64,000 nt of DNA from Chloroflexota bacterium (GCA_043826315.1 JBDRQK010000014.1:4230-68229), one strand, 5' to 3'; counted from the stretch's first letter, positions 19,310-30,009 are shown. Notes: generated by a model not told the origin, from the letters alone. Numbers and translations: made by a program.

Positions 19310-20086
19310 ATGACGACAATTAATTATTTGGATCCAGTAGGACCCAATGGAAACCCAGTATTGATGTTACACGGCTTGGGAGTGGATGGTTCTTCATGGG
19401 TTCTTCAATTCCCAGCTTTGATAGATGCCGGATTTCGCCCAATAGCAGTAGATGTGCCAGGTTTTGGAAAGTCTCCATATGGAAATTCCTATTGGAGTAT
19501 CCAACGTATAGCCAATGACATTGCCTCATTTTTGGATGATATAAAAGTCTCAACCGTTCATGTTATTGGTCTGTCTATGGGAGGAACGATCGCTCAACAA
19601 CTTTCATTCGATTTCCCAAGATTTGTTTCAAAATTGGTTCTGGCAAATACATTTTCTGTATTAAGACCCTCTACTTTGAAAGGATGGATGTATTTTTTAC
19701 AACGTTTTATTCTTGTTCATACACTCGGCCTTCCAGCGCAGGCAAAATTTGTGGCGGATAGAATATTTCCGAATCGAGATCAAGTCGAATTTCGAAAAGA
19801 AATGATCAGGCAGATCTCAATCGCAGATCCCAGGGCTTACCGGGCAGCCATGCGTTCTTTGGGAACTTTTAATTCTCAAAGGAGATTAAAGGAAATAAAT
19901 ATTCCGACCCTTGTAATTACAGGTTTGAAAGACACAACAGTGCTACCTGCTCATCAAGCTCAACTAGCTTCCTGGATACCCGGAGCACAGCATGCTGTAA
20001 TTCCCGATGCTGGTCATGCAGCCAGCATCGAAAAACCTGATGATTTTAACAAGATACTTGTGGATTTCCTATTAATGAAAGAATAG
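19310..20086 (+). CDS. Alpha/beta-fold hydrolase
   Basis: 258 aa. HGLG oxyanion region, nucleophile elbow GLSMGG, and C-terminal catalytic His in DAGHAA. Confidence 0.8.
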   Translation: MTTINYLDPVGPNGNPVLMLHGLGVDGSSWVLQFPALIDAGFRPIAVDVPGFGKSPYGNSYWSIQRIANDIASFLDDIKVSTVHVIGLSMGGTIAQQLSFDFPRFVSKLVLANTFSVLRPSTLKGWMYFLQRFILVHTLGLPAQAKFVADRIFPNRDQVEFRKEMIRQISIADPRAYRAAMRSLGTFNSQRRLKEINIPTLVITGLKDTTVLPAHQAQLASWIPGAQHAVIPDAGHAASIEKPDDFNKILVDFLLMKE

Positions 20087-20090
20087 GTGT

Positions 20091-20870
20091 TTATTCCCCA
20101 AACTCAATATCAAACTCATCGACTTCGCTGAATTCAGAAATTGCTTCAATTTGAATATCGGTGAAAAGCGATTCCTGGTAGACACTTACGTGGAATTTCT
20201 TAATTAATTCCAGTAAGGCTAGAAACGAAACCACAATATCGAGTTTGGAATTTGAATTCTTGATCACTTCATAAAAAGAAGATCGCTGGTTATGGGAGAG
20301 CCGGCTGGCTATCAGTGCAATTTTTTCTCGAATTGTTATTCTTGGTGCTTTAATAACAGTATCAAGACTTTGTTTGTCTTGTTTTTTTTGTAAAGCCTCT
20401 TCTGCAGCTAATACCAGATCCAATAAGGATATATCGTTTAAGTCAAGCCGACCTTCAATCTTTGGGAAAGGGGAGATGCGTAAATAATTACGCAAACTTT
20501 TTTGTTCTCTTTCCTGTAACCATATTGAAATTTCTTTAAATTGTTTATAGAGTTGTAATTGTTGTATCAGAGATAGACTTGGATCTTCGTTGTCAGTTTC
20601 AACGGTCGTAAACCTGGGGAGAAGGGCTTCGGATTTAATTTGGATAAGCTTTGCTGCAATAACTAAAAAAGCCGAAATTTCTTCAGCTTCAATATTATTC
20701 ATTTGATGAATATAATCCAAATATTGATCAGTCACCATGGCCAGTGAGACTGAAGTAATATCCAGTTCTGAATGTTCGATCAATTGAAGAAGAAGATCAA
20801 GCGGCCCCTCAAAGACTGGGACGGTTACTGAATAATTACCGGTTTGATGTTGTGTGATTTTGAGATCCAT
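20091..20870 (-). CDS. scpA: Segregation and condensation protein A
   Basis: 259 aa. The N-terminal VFEGPLDLLLQLIEHSELDITSVSLAMVTDQYL is typical of ScpA. No scpB is adjacent. Confidence 0.85.
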   Translation of the reverse strand: MDLKITQHQTGNYSVTVPVFEGPLDLLLQLIEHSELDITSVSLAMVTDQYLDYIHQMNNIEAEEISAFLVIAAKLIQIKSEALLPRFTTVETDNEDPSLSLIQQLQLYKQFKEISIWLQEREQKSLRNYLRISPFPKIEGRLDLNDISLLDLVLAAEEALQKKQDKQSLDTVIKAPRITIREKIALIASRLSHNQRSSFYEVIKNSNSKLDIVVSFLALLELIKKFHVSVYQESLFTDIQIEAISEFSEVDEFDIEFGE

Positions 20871-21027
20871 GGCAGGCGGATTATAACATTCAATGGTTGT
20901 TGCAAAAATTTTAGAAATTAGCTTTTAGTGGATTCTACTAATTAATTTTCGGAATACTATTCTATGATTGATAAGGTACGCTCAATAAAGATTGAAAATA
21001 GATATCAGGGGAGGGTATAATTTGAAA

Positions 21028-21516
21028 ATGGACAATAAAAAGCTAACACATGTTGACAACCTTGGTCGCACCCGGATGGTGGATATTGGTGCAAAGCCTG
21101 ATAATGAGCGGATTGCAATCGCTCGTGGTGAAGTAATAATGACGGCAGAAACTCTAAAATTAATCCGGGAAGGTACAGTATCAAAGGGTGATGTGCTTAC
21201 TGTTGCTCAAATTGCAGGAATAAGTGCAGCAAAAAGAACATCCGACCTGATTCCATTGTGTCACTCCATTTCTTTGACAAAAGTGGATGTAGATCTAATT
21301 TTAAATGATGCCGTTCCTGGTGTCATGATAACGGCAACTGCCAGGACTATTGGTAAGACCGGTGTTGAGATGGAGGCATTAATGGCAGTTGCTGTGGCAG
21401 CATTAACAATTTATGATATGGCAAAATCTGTTGAAAAGACAATGATAATTAACAATATTCGCTTGATAGAAAAGCATGGTGGCGTCTCTGGTGATATATT
21501 CAACGATGAAAAATAG
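21028..21516 (+). CDS. moaC: Cyclic pyranopterin monophosphate synthase MoaC
   Basis: LTHVD...[25 protein letters not shown], and [21 protein letters not shown] motifs. Start ambiguous between TTG 21022 and ATG 21028; the ORF-track start 20992 is probably too long. Confidence 0.9.
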   Translation: MDNKKLTHVDNLGRTRMVDIGAKPDNERIAIARGEVIMTAETLKLIREGTVSKGDVLTVAQIAGISAAKRTSDLIPLCHSISLTKVDVDLILNDAVPGVMITATARTIGKTGVEMEALMAVAVAALTIYDMAKSVEKTMIINNIRLIEKHGGVSGDIFNDEK

Positions 21517-21535
21517 GTTGGAGCTGGGAGCAACA

Positions 21536-21784
21536 ATGATACAAGTGACATTATTATTCTTTGCCACACTGCGTGACATTACTGGTCAAAGAAGAATGAC
21601 TAAATCAATTCCTGACAAGACATTGATTTCAGATTTGAAAAGTTTATTGGTAAATGAATTCCCCGGGTTAAAAGAAATTATGCCTGCTGTAATTGTCTCT
21701 CTGGATCACGAATTTGCATTTGATTCTTCCTCCATACCTCCGGAAGCAGAAATTGGTCTTTTCCCGCCTGTTTCAGGAGGGTAA
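21536..21784 (+). CDS. moaD: MoaD/ThiS-family sulfur carrier (C-terminal Gly-Gly)
   Basis: 82 aa from MIQVTLLFFATLRD to FPPVSGG followed by stop. The ORF-track start 21476 overlaps moaC and is unlikely. Confidence 0.8.
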   Translation: MIQVTLLFFATLRDITGQRRMTKSIPDKTLISDLKSLLVNEFPGLKEIMPAVIVSLDHEFAFDSSSIPPEAEIGLFPPVSGG

Positions 21785-21786
21785 GA

Positions 21787-22245
21787 ATGTCTGGCAAAAC
21801 GATTTGTAAGATCTTAGAATCAAGCGTGAATTTGGAAGAATTACTAGAAGAACTGTCGTTTCCCTCAACAGGCGCTGTTGTAATATTCTCAGGGTTGGTG
21901 CGTGGTCTTACTAATGGAAAAAATCCCCACAATACTGCACAACTTGAGTATGAGGCTTATCAACCTATGGCAGAAAAAATGATGTACCATATTGCGGACG
22001 AAATCCACAGAAAATGGCCAGACATCGAATCGATCGCGATAATTCAACGGACGGGGAAATTCTCGCCTGGTGAACCAACAGTAACCATAGCTTGTTCAGC
22101 AGCTCACAGGGATACAGGCGTATTTGATGCTGCCAGATATGGGATCGATCGATTGAAAGAGATAGTTCCAGTCTGGAAAAAAGAATATTCTTCTCAGGGA
22201 GAAATCTGGATTGAAGGGGATTATATTCCCAAACCAGGCGAATAA
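21787..22245 (+). CDS. moaE: Molybdopterin synthase catalytic subunit MoaE
   Basis: 152 aa; GAVVIFSGLVR, LEYEAYQPMAEK, and PVWKKE motifs. Starts 2 nt after the moaD stop. Confidence 0.9.
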   Translation: MSGKTICKILESSVNLEELLEELSFPSTGAVVIFSGLVRGLTNGKNPHNTAQLEYEAYQPMAEKMMYHIADEIHRKWPDIESIAIIQRTGKFSPGEPTVTIACSAAHRDTGVFDAARYGIDRLKEIVPVWKKEYSSQGEIWIEGDYIPKPGE

Positions 22246-23355
22246 ATGGGTATTTCGCGTGTTATTTGCACAAATTGCGGTCGGGATTACCCAGTTACAG
22301 ACAATCCTTATCGTTGTACATTTTGTGGAGGTGTGTTTGATTTTCAGGCTCCGATATTTTTTAACCAGGATAATATAGATTATCTTCAACCTGGGATTTG
22401 GAAATATCGGAACACTTTTAATATTAAGGAAGATGTAGACGCCATTTCTCTGGGGGAAGGAGATACACCCCTAATTTGGACAAATATTTTTGGAAGAGAA
22501 GTAGCAATAAAGTGTGAATATCTTAATCCGACTGGATCATTTAAAGATCGTGGATCCAGCTTAATTGTTTCTATTCTGAAATCGCGTAATATCGATAAAA
22601 TTATTGAAGATTCGTCTGGTAATGCAGGAGCATCATTAGCTGCCTACTCTGCTAGGGCGGATATAGAGTTAAGTGTTTTCATACCGGAAACTGCCTCGGG
22701 AATAAAGAAAAAACAAATAGAAGCATATGGTGCCAGATTAATTTCCGTAAACGGAACGCGGAATGCGGTGCATGATGCAGCAAAACAAACTGCCGATAGC
22801 GGGAATATCTTTGCGAGCCATGCATATTTGCCTTTTAATATTCCAGGATACGCAACTGTAGCATATGAAATATTTGAGCAGATTGGGAATAAATCCCCGG
22901 GAACAGTGATCGTACCAGTTGGGCATGGTGGTTTTTTGATTGGGTTGGTGCGGGGATTTTCTGCTCTCAAGGAAGCAGGTAAAACTACGAAAATCCCAAC
23001 TATCGTTGGAGTCCAGGCACGTGCTTGTTCTCCTCTTTGGTCTCTCTTTATGGGTGGAATTGATGGATTAAGATTTGCCTCTGATAACCCAACATTGGCT
23101 GAAGGTGTGCGAGTATGGAACCCAATCCGTGGAGATAAAGTTTTAAAGGAAATTGGATCTTCTTCAGGAAGATTTGTTGCTGTGGATGAAATTGATATAG
23201 CAAAAGGTATAGATGAATTCGCCCGGAAAGGCTTTTACATTGAGCCGACATCTGCGTTGGTTTGGAGTGGTTTAAGGCAATGTGTGGATAATTGCGAAGA
23301 CCCCGTTGTAGTAATATTGACAGGATCTGGTTTAAAATTTCAGGATATTAGTTGA
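22246..23355 (+). CDS. Threonine synthase-type PLP enzyme with N-terminal zinc ribbon
   Basis: CTNCG...CTFCGG ribbon, PLP-lysine motif LNPTGSFKDRG, DSSGNAGASLAAYSA, and GHGG. The ATG directly abuts the moaE TAA stop. Confidence 0.8.
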   Translation: MGISRVICTNCGRDYPVTDNPYRCTFCGGVFDFQAPIFFNQDNIDYLQPGIWKYRNTFNIKEDVDAISLGEGDTPLIWTNIFGREVAIKCEYLNPTGSFKDRGSSLIVSILKSRNIDKIIEDSSGNAGASLAAYSARADIELSVFIPETASGIKKKQIEAYGARLISVNGTRNAVHDAAKQTADSGNIFASHAYLPFNIPGYATVAYEIFEQIGNKSPGTVIVPVGHGGFLIGLVRGFSALKEAGKTTKIPTIVGVQARACSPLWSLFMGGIDGLRFASDNPTLAEGVRVWNPIRGDKVLKEIGSSSGRFVAVDEIDIAKGIDEFARKGFYIEPTSALVWSGLRQCVDNCEDPVVVILTGSGLKFQDIS

Positions 23356-23386
23356 ATTGATAAATTCAAATTAGGAAGGTAATAAT

Positions 23387-24349
23387 ATGGATGAAATCCA
23401 ATCTGTAAGTAAGGATCTTATTGATAATCTTGAAAAAGTTATCGTAGGAAAGCGAAGTGTTATTGAAATGATGATCGTCGGGCTTTTGTGTCAGGGGCAT
23501 GTTTTGATCGAAGATGTTCCTGGTGTAGGGAAAACCGTTTTAGCAAGAAGCTTGGCGCGTTCGTTGGGAGTCACTTTTAGCAGATTGCAATTTACACCAG
23601 ATATGCTTCCTAGTGATGTCACTGGTGTATCTGTATTCAATCAAGTCACGCGGGATTTTGAATTTCGCCCTGGTCCAATATTCGCTCAGATCGTACTCGT
23701 GGACGAGATAAACCGAGCAACTCCCAAAACTCAGGCAGCTCTACTGGAAGCCATGGAGGAGAGGCAAGTCACCGTTGATGGGATAACTCACCTTTTACCG
23801 AGACCATTTTTGGTGGCAGCAACTCAAAATCCAATCGAATATGAGGGCACATTCCCTCTTCCTGAAGCACAACTGGATCGTTTTCTTCTTCGAATAAGAT
23901 TAGGCTATCCAACTATCTCTAATGAAGTAAACATTCTTGAGATGCAGCAGTTTCAACATCCATATGAATCAATAAAGACAGTTGTGAACGAAACCCAATT
24001 ATTAAATGAAATTGAGGACATCAAGAAAGTTTATGTTGCAGAACCGATAAAGAAATATATTGTGGATCTTGTAACACGAACAAGGCATAACGATGATCTT
24101 TATCTTGGAGCCAGTCCCCGGGGGAGCTTGGCGCTTTTTAGAACCAGTCAGGCACTCGCTTTCATAAGAGATAGAAATTATGTTTTACCGGACGACATCA
24201 AGGTTATGGCTTCGTTTGTTCTTTCGCATCGAGTTATCGTCAGCCCTTCTTCCAGACTACGGGAGATAAGCTCATCCAAAATTATCGAAGAGATATTAGA
24301 GAATATTCCAGTGCCCGGAGGCGTTTTCAAGGAACAAAAATTGGGATGA
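23387..24349 (+). CDS. MoxR-family AAA+ ATPase
   Basis: 320 aa. Walker A VPGVGKT, Walker B VLVDEINR, and [22 protein letters not shown]. Confidence 0.9.
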   Translation: MDEIQSVSKDLIDNLEKVIVGKRSVIEMMIVGLLCQGHVLIEDVPGVGKTVLARSLARSLGVTFSRLQFTPDMLPSDVTGVSVFNQVTRDFEFRPGPIFAQIVLVDEINRATPKTQAALLEAMEERQVTVDGITHLLPRPFLVAATQNPIEYEGTFPLPEAQLDRFLLRIRLGYPTISNEVNILEMQQFQHPYESIKTVVNETQLLNEIEDIKKVYVAEPIKKYIVDLVTRTRHNDDLYLGASPRGSLALFRTSQALAFIRDRNYVLPDDIKVMASFVLSHRVIVSPSSRLREISSSKIIEEILENIPVPGGVFKEQKLG

Positions 24350-25644
24350 GGAGATCTACCGGAACACGTTGGGTTTTTATAGTCTTAATGACCATTTTAT
24401 TTATGGGCTGGGCGACAACAGGTGTTATGATTTATATCCGGTTATTCTTGTTGATTACCCTAATCTTGATTGGATCATTCCTTTGGAATATTGTTACCCT
24501 CAAAGGGATTCGGATTACCCGGAAATCTCGAAGCTATCGAACAAGTGTAGGAAAAATGTTTGATGAGCGCTTTGATATTCAAAATTTATCCAGATGGGCG
24601 TGTATGTGGTTGGAAATAGATAATTTATCGCAAATACCAAATAAAAGCGGTTCCCGATTGCTTACAGGTATTGGAGGATTGCAACAAAGATCATATACAG
24701 CCCGAACAAGGATTACCAAACGTGGTGCTTATCCATTAGGACCCACAAAGCTTTCTTCTGGTGACCCCTTTGGGTTATTTGTCTCAACAAGTTTAATCCC
24801 GGCTAAGAATACTTTGGTTGTTTTACCTTTGACTGTGGATATTTCATACTTTCCTTTTCCCGAAGGTATTTTGCCAGGAGGAAAAGAAATCCATCAAAAA
24901 ACAACGGATGTTACTCCTCATGCTACTGGAGTAAGGGATTATGTTCCTGGAGATCCAATTAAGCGAGTCCATTGGCCATCAACAGCCAAGCGTGACCACT
25001 TCATGGTAAAAAATTACGAACAAGATCCACAAGCTGAAATTTGGTTCTTCCTAGATTCAGAAAAGGATGCACAGTTCTCACTCCCGGAAATTGATATTGA
25101 TAAAAGAGAAGATTATTTTAATTTAAATAAAAGAACTCAAATTAGACTCCCTGACGAAACCTATGAATATGCTATAAGCATAACTGCCTCATTGGCAAAA
25201 TACTTCCTACAACAAAAGAAATCTGTTGGATTGGTAAGTTCTGGAAGTCAATTTACAATTATTCCTTCTGAACGTGGAGAGAGGCAATTAAGGAAATTAT
25301 TAGAGACACTGGCTTTTTTAAAAGCAGATGGCGACCTTCCATTAGTGGGTTGTGTAAGTGTCCATTCAAAATACCTTCCAATGGGTAGCGGTGGAATTCT
25401 TGTTACTCCTTCACTGAATAATAATCTCTTGATCGCTGTTGAGGATTTAATTGGTAGGAATCTACACCCAATGGTGATTATGATCTTACCAGAATCATTT
25501 GGGGGTCCTCCTGGTGGGGAAGAGGTTTTTGAAGGTCTGGAACAACGGAATGTCCCGGTTTTTAAGATAAAGTGCGGGGATAATTTGAGTAAGCAATTGG
25601 GACAGATCCAGAAAGTTCAGAAGAGAATCTGGTCAAGAATCTGA
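24346..25644 (+). CDS. DUF58-domain protein (MoxR partner) with N-terminal TM helices
   Basis: 432 aa. [21 protein letters not shown] is the DUF58 signature. 4-nt ATGA overlap with moxR. Confidence 0.8.
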   Translation: MRRSTGTRWVFIVLMTILFMGWATTGVMIYIRLFLLITLILIGSFLWNIVTLKGIRITRKSRSYRTSVGKMFDERFDIQNLSRWACMWLEIDNLSQIPNKSGSRLLTGIGGLQQRSYTARTRITKRGAYPLGPTKLSSGDPFGLFVSTSLIPAKNTLVVLPLTVDISYFPFPEGILPGGKEIHQKTTDVTPHATGVRDYVPGDPIKRVHWPSTAKRDHFMVKNYEQDPQAEIWFFLDSEKDAQFSLPEIDIDKREDYFNLNKRTQIRLPDETYEYAISITASLAKYFLQQKKSVGLVSSGSQFTIIPSERGERQLRKLLETLAFLKADGDLPLVGCVSVHSKYLPMGSGGILVTPSLNNNLLIAVEDLIGRNLHPMVIMILPESFGGPPGGEEVFEGLEQRNVPVFKIKCGDNLSKQLGQIQKVQKRIWSRI

Positions 25645-25714
25645 CGAAAATATCTCGAAATTTTTAAAGTATACTAACTTTGTTAACATTTGAAATTTAT
25701 TTTTGGAGATGATG

Positions 25715-26614
25715 ATGCATTCTATTATTACATTGGATCTGAAATTCTTAAACAGAAAGGAGGCTATCGCTGCATACCTGATCCCTTATAGTGGGGGAGC
25801 GGTTTTAATCGAAACGGGTCCTGGTTCAACGGTAAATGAGCTGACAAATCAGCTAAAAAAGCATGGATTAAAACCAACAGATGTGACTCATGTCTTTCTA
25901 TCACATATCCACCTGGACCATGCTGGAGCGGCAGGGTGGTTGGCCAAACAAGGTGCACACATCTTTGTTCACCCAATTGGTGAACAGCATATGAAAAACC
26001 CTGATAAACTCCTCTCAAGTGCAAAAAGGATTTATGGGGATAAAATGGAGTTATTATGGGGAGAATTCTTGCCTGTTCCTGATGGAAAGTTGTCATCTGT
26101 GAGTGATAGAGAGCAAATTAGAATAAGTGACCTGGTTTTCACCGCAATTCACACGCCTGGACATGCAGAGCATCATATTGCTTGGCTATTTGAAGATACT
26201 TGTTTTACTGGAGATATAGGGGGGGTCCGTATTCCAGGCATTTTCTATATACGCTTGCCATTAGTCCCCCCTGAATTACACTTTGAAAAGTGGAGACAAA
26301 GTTTAGCTATTCTACTTGAAAGTGGTTTAAAAAATATTGCCCCAACTCACTTTGGTATCTTTAGCGATGCTGGGGCTCATCTAACTCTAGCCAGGCAGAT
26401 TCTTGATGAAAACGAAAACTGGATGGAGCAAACCTCCTTGGATGAAAAACCAATTGAATTGATCCGGGAACAATATGTGGCTTTTCTATATGAGCAAGGT
26501 CTTAGACTTGGAGTAAACGAAGAAACATTGCAAACATCTGAAATTGCAAACCCATCTTGGATGGGAGCTGATGGGCTGTACAGATACTGGAAGAAATACA
26601 GGCATTTAATTTAA
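25715..26614 (+). CDS. MBL-fold metallo-hydrolase
   Basis: HIHLDHAG motif and downstream TPGHAEHH. Three consecutive ATGs sit at 25709-25717; I chose 25715 for its spacing to GGAG. The ORF-track start is TTG 25703. Confidence 0.75.
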   Translation: MHSIITLDLKFLNRKEAIAAYLIPYSGGAVLIETGPGSTVNELTNQLKKHGLKPTDVTHVFLSHIHLDHAGAAGWLAKQGAHIFVHPIGEQHMKNPDKLLSSAKRIYGDKMELLWGEFLPVPDGKLSSVSDREQIRISDLVFTAIHTPGHAEHHIAWLFEDTCFTGDIGGVRIPGIFYIRLPLVPPELHFEKWRQSLAILLESGLKNIAPTHFGIFSDAGAHLTLARQILDENENWMEQTSLDEKPIELIREQYVAFLYEQGLRLGVNEETLQTSEIANPSWMGADGLYRYWKKYRHLI

Positions 26615-26615
26615 A

Positions 26616-26631
26616 TGTGATTATATTCACA
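26616..26631. promoter_or_regulatory. Candidate operator TGTGA-N6-TCACA upstream of argF
   Basis: TGTGATTATATTCACA starts 2 nt after the MBL stop and lies 78-93 bp upstream of the argF ATG. It exactly matches the CRP/FNR-type half-sites and partly resembles an ARG box. Confidence 0.35.
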
Positions 26632-26708
26632 ATTTTATCTGCTTACTTACACTGGACGATTCAATCCTCAAGTTCGATACTTTCGCGTGGAAGTACATAG
26701 GAGACAAA

Positions 26709-27632
26709 ATGAAAGACTTTTTAGCAATTGCTGATTTTTCTTCACTGGATATCCAGGCATTATTGGATCTAGCAGTCCAACTTAAATTAGAGTATATAAG
26801 TGGTGGAAATAAACCATTATTCAAAGGAATTGTACTTGGGATGATTTTTCAAAAACCCAGTTTGCGAACCAGGATTTCTTTTGATATGGCCATGCGTCAC
26901 ATGGGAGGCGATGCCCTTTATCTGTCTCCAAATGAATTAGGTTTAGGAAAACGTGAATCAATTGCTGATGTAGCCAGGGTACTTTCTGGTTATGTATCGA
27001 TAATTATGGCAAGAGTTTTTGAGCATGAACATATCCTGGAATTGGCAAAATGGTCGAGTATCCCCGTTATAAATGGCTTGAGTGATTACAATCACCCATG
27101 CCAGGGCATGGCTGATGCACTTACGATTTATGAGAAATTCGGAAATTTAAAAGGTATTAATGTCGCTTATGTTGGTGATGGAAACAATGTTGCGGTTTCT
27201 TTGATGCATGTTTGTGCAAAATTGGGAGCTAATTTTACGATTGCCAATCCCGAAGGATATGCAATCCCAGAAAAACCGATTCAGATTGCACGTGAAATTA
27301 GCGATAAAACTGGATCAGTACTAAAATTTTTTACCGACCCGGATACGGCGGTTAAAGATGTACAGGTGATTTATACTGATACATGGACCAGTATGGGACA
27401 AGAAGAAGAACAATCAAAGCGGGAAAAGCTTTTTCCGCCATATCAAGTTAACTCGCAGTTGGTAGCAAAAGCAGATAAAGATGTAATTGTTATGCATTGT
27501 TTACCCGCTCATCGAAATTATGAATTAACAGATGAAGTTGCCGATGGACCCCATTCAGTAATTTTTCATCAAGCTCACAATCGACTTCATGCCCAAAAAG
27601 CGATACTGGCAAAATTAATAAATGTGGCTTAA
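26709..27632 (+). CDS. argF: Ornithine carbamoyltransferase
   Basis: 307 aa; SLRTR, HPCQ, DTWTSMG, and HCLPA motifs. Confidence 0.9.
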   Translation: MKDFLAIADFSSLDIQALLDLAVQLKLEYISGGNKPLFKGIVLGMIFQKPSLRTRISFDMAMRHMGGDALYLSPNELGLGKRESIADVARVLSGYVSIIMARVFEHEHILELAKWSSIPVINGLSDYNHPCQGMADALTIYEKFGNLKGINVAYVGDGNNVAVSLMHVCAKLGANFTIANPEGYAIPEKPIQIAREISDKTGSVLKFFTDPDTAVKDVQVIYTDTWTSMGQEEEQSKREKLFPPYQVNSQLVAKADKDVIVMHCLPAHRNYELTDEVADGPHSVIFHQAHNRLHAQKAILAKLINVA

Positions 27633-27650
27633 AACCAAAGGGATGATCAT

Positions 27651-28853
27651 ATGAATGCTGATGAATATATCCGGTTCGAAGAAAAATATGGAGCAAATAA
27701 TTATCACCCCCTGGATGTGGTAATAAATCGAGGAGAAGGTGTTTGGGTTTATGATGTGGATGGAAATAAATACCTTGATTGTTTAAGTGCATATTCAGCC
27801 GTTAATCAAGGTCATGTTCACCCAAAAATATTGTCTGTAATGATAGAACAGGCAAAAAAGATCACTTTAACTTCCAGGGCATTTCGTAATGACCAGTTGC
27901 CATTATTTTATAAAGAACTTTCTGAATTATCTGGTTATGATATGTCACTCCCAATGAATAGTGGGGCTGAAGCTGTAGAAACAGCCTTAAAATTAGCACG
28001 GAAATGGGCATACCAGGTGAAAGGGATACCAAGGCACCAGGCAGAGATCATCACCTGTGCAGGAAATTTCCACGGGCGTACGATTTCCACGATCTCTTTT
28101 TCAAGTGAACCCTTGTACAGGGATGATTTTGGGCCATTTACGCCTGGTTTCGTTTCTGTTCCCTACGGGAATGCTGAGGCGATCGCAGAGTCAATAAACT
28201 CTAGTACTGCTGCAGTTCTATTGGAGCCAATTCAGGGTGAAGCAGGAGTCATTGTTCCTCCTGATGGGTATTTAAGAAAAGCTGCAAATATATGCAAGGA
28301 AAATAACGTATTATTTATTGCTGATGAAATCCAAACCGGCTTGGGACGGACAGGAAAACTTTTCGCTTGCCAACATGAAGAAGTTCGTCCTGATATTACT
28401 ATTATTGGAAAAGCTCTATCTGGTGGATTTTATCCAGTTTCTGCTATTGTCGCAGATCAACCTCTATTAGGGCTATTTACGCCAGGAGAACATGGTTCAA
28501 CTTTTGGTGGAAATCCTTTGGCTGCCGCAATTGCCAGGGAAGCAATAAAAGTGTTGGTGGACGAAAAAATGATTGAAAATTCTGCCGTTCTTGGTGAATA
28601 TTTTATGGATCAATTATCTGAAATTTCAAGTGAGCATATCAAAGAAATTCGAGGGAGAGGTTTATTCATAGGCGTGGTTCTAAATTCTAATGCAGGCGGA
28701 GCAAGACGATTTTGTGAAAAACTTCAAGAACATGGCATATTGGCCAAAGAGACTCATGAGAATATTATTCGTTTTGCACCTCCGTTGGTGATCGATAAGG
28801 ACACAATAGATTGGGCTTTACCACATATCCGTTATGTCTTAAGGATGAAGTAG
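27651..28853 (+). CDS. rocD: Ornithine aminotransferase (class III PLP aminotransferase)
   Basis: 400 aa. The N-terminus YGANNYHPLDVVINRGEGVWVYDVDGNKYLDCLSAYSAVNQGH is typical of RocD/OAT. Also ADEIQTGLGRTG, with the PLP Lys in IIGKALSGG. Confidence 0.85.
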   Translation: MNADEYIRFEEKYGANNYHPLDVVINRGEGVWVYDVDGNKYLDCLSAYSAVNQGHVHPKILSVMIEQAKKITLTSRAFRNDQLPLFYKELSELSGYDMSLPMNSGAEAVETALKLARKWAYQVKGIPRHQAEIITCAGNFHGRTISTISFSSEPLYRDDFGPFTPGFVSVPYGNAEAIAESINSSTAAVLLEPIQGEAGVIVPPDGYLRKAANICKENNVLFIADEIQTGLGRTGKLFACQHEEVRPDITIIGKALSGGFYPVSAIVADQPLLGLFTPGEHGSTFGGNPLAAAIAREAIKVLVDEKMIENSAVLGEYFMDQLSEISSEHIKEIRGRGLFIGVVLNSNAGGARRFCEKLQEHGILAKETHENIIRFAPPLVIDKDTIDWALPHIRYVLRMK

Positions 28854-28908
28854 GTTTCGGAAATATATTTATTATGTTTATCAGAGATTGGAATAATGGA
28901 GATGAAAA

Positions 28909-30009
28909 ATGAATATTGGAATCCCAAAAGAGCGACGGCCTTTTGAATATCGGGTGGGTTTATCGCCATCAGGAGTAGAAATTCTCACTTATGCAGGAAA
29001 TTCCTGCTTTGTAGAGCATGGCGCAGGATTAGGAGCAGGTTTCAGCGATCTGGAATATGAAAAAGCAGGTGCGAATATTGTGTATCTGATGGATGAAGTT
29101 TTTGGCCGATCAGATTTGCTTGTGAAAGTTCAAAGACCAGTTCAGGAGGAGCTGGATATTATTCCTCCTGGTTCAGCCCTGGCAGGTTATCTGTTATTGG
29201 CATCTGCCAGGCAGGATAAGATCGACCATTTATTGGAAAATAATATTACATCCATAGCATTTGAGCAAATTCAACTGGCAGATGGATCATTACCTGTTCT
29301 AAGACCTTTCAGTGAGGTTTGCGGCCTGATGACAGCACAGATCGCAGCACGTCTATTGCAAAGTAATTTGGGAGGAAAAGGGATTTTATTAAGTGGCGTA
29401 CCAGGAGTACCTCCTGCAGAAGTTGTTATTCTTGGAGCTGGGGTTGTAGGAACAAATTCAGCGCGCGCTTTTATCGGTTTAGGAGCTCATGTAACCGTTT
29501 TGGACAATAAGATGGATGCTCTACAAAAAATGAATGATCGTTTTCCATCCGTTGTAACACTAATGTCTACTAATCGGAATATTGAACGAGTATGCAGTTA
29601 TGCCGATGTTGTTGTTGGTGCGGTGTTAAGATCAGGAGAGCGTTCTCCAATTATCGTGCCCAGAAGCATTGTTCAAAAAATGAAACCCCGTGCAGTTATT
29701 ATTGATGTCAGCATTGATTTGGGCGGATGTGTTGAAACATCTCGACCCACCAATCATGAAAATCCAACTTTTGTTGAAGAAGGCGTGATTCATTATTGTG
29801 TTCCGAATATTCCGGGAGTGATTGCAAGGACAGCAACCCATGCATATGTCAATGCGGTTATTCCATATCTCCTGGAGCTTGCAAACAATGGGATCGATAA
29901 AGCGATCGAAAACAACAAAGCTATCGAAGCTGCGGTAAACACTTACCATGGAGAACTCAGGCATTTGTATAGATTAACAAGCGTAGGAGGTTCCAGTGGA
30001 TTGGAATAG
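28909..30009 (+). CDS. Alanine dehydrogenase/PNT-family protein, non-canonical active site
   Basis: 366 aa, collinear with AlaDH (IGIPKE..RVGLSP, PFSEVCGLMTAQ, GAGVVGTN, IDLGGC). However, KVKEP is KVQRP and FxxLHLAA is GYLLLAS. Confidence 0.8.
   Translation: MNIGIPKERRPFEYRVGLSPSGVEILTYAGNSCFVEHGAGLGAGFSDLEYEKAGANIVYLMDEVFGRSDLLVKVQRPVQEELDIIPPGSALAGYLLLASARQDKIDHLLENNITSIAFEQIQLADGSLPVLRPFSEVCGLMTAQIAARLLQSNLGGKGILLSGVPGVPPAEVVILGAGVVGTNSARAFIGLGAHVTVLDNKMDALQKMNDRFPSVVTLMSTNRNIERVCSYADVVVGAVLRSGERSPIIVPRSIVQKMKPRAVIIDVSIDLGGCVETSRPTNHENPTFVEEGVIHYCVPNIPGVIARTATHAYVNAVIPYLLELANNGIDKAIENNKAIEAAVNTYHGELRHLYRLTSVGGSSGLE

Noticed and set aside
20871-21027. Possible Moco riboswitch upstream of moaC, and a THF riboswitch upstream of the FTCD gene (61516-61651).
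   Set aside because: Both regions are AT-rich, and I could not recognise the conserved GC-rich cores of these riboswitch classes. A covariance-model scan would be needed to be certain.
23387-25644. MoxR-DUF58 pair as a candidate novel system.
   Set aside because: This is a well-known, widespread two-gene association. Nothing unusual is visible except the absence of the frequently linked transglutaminase-like or vWA third gene.
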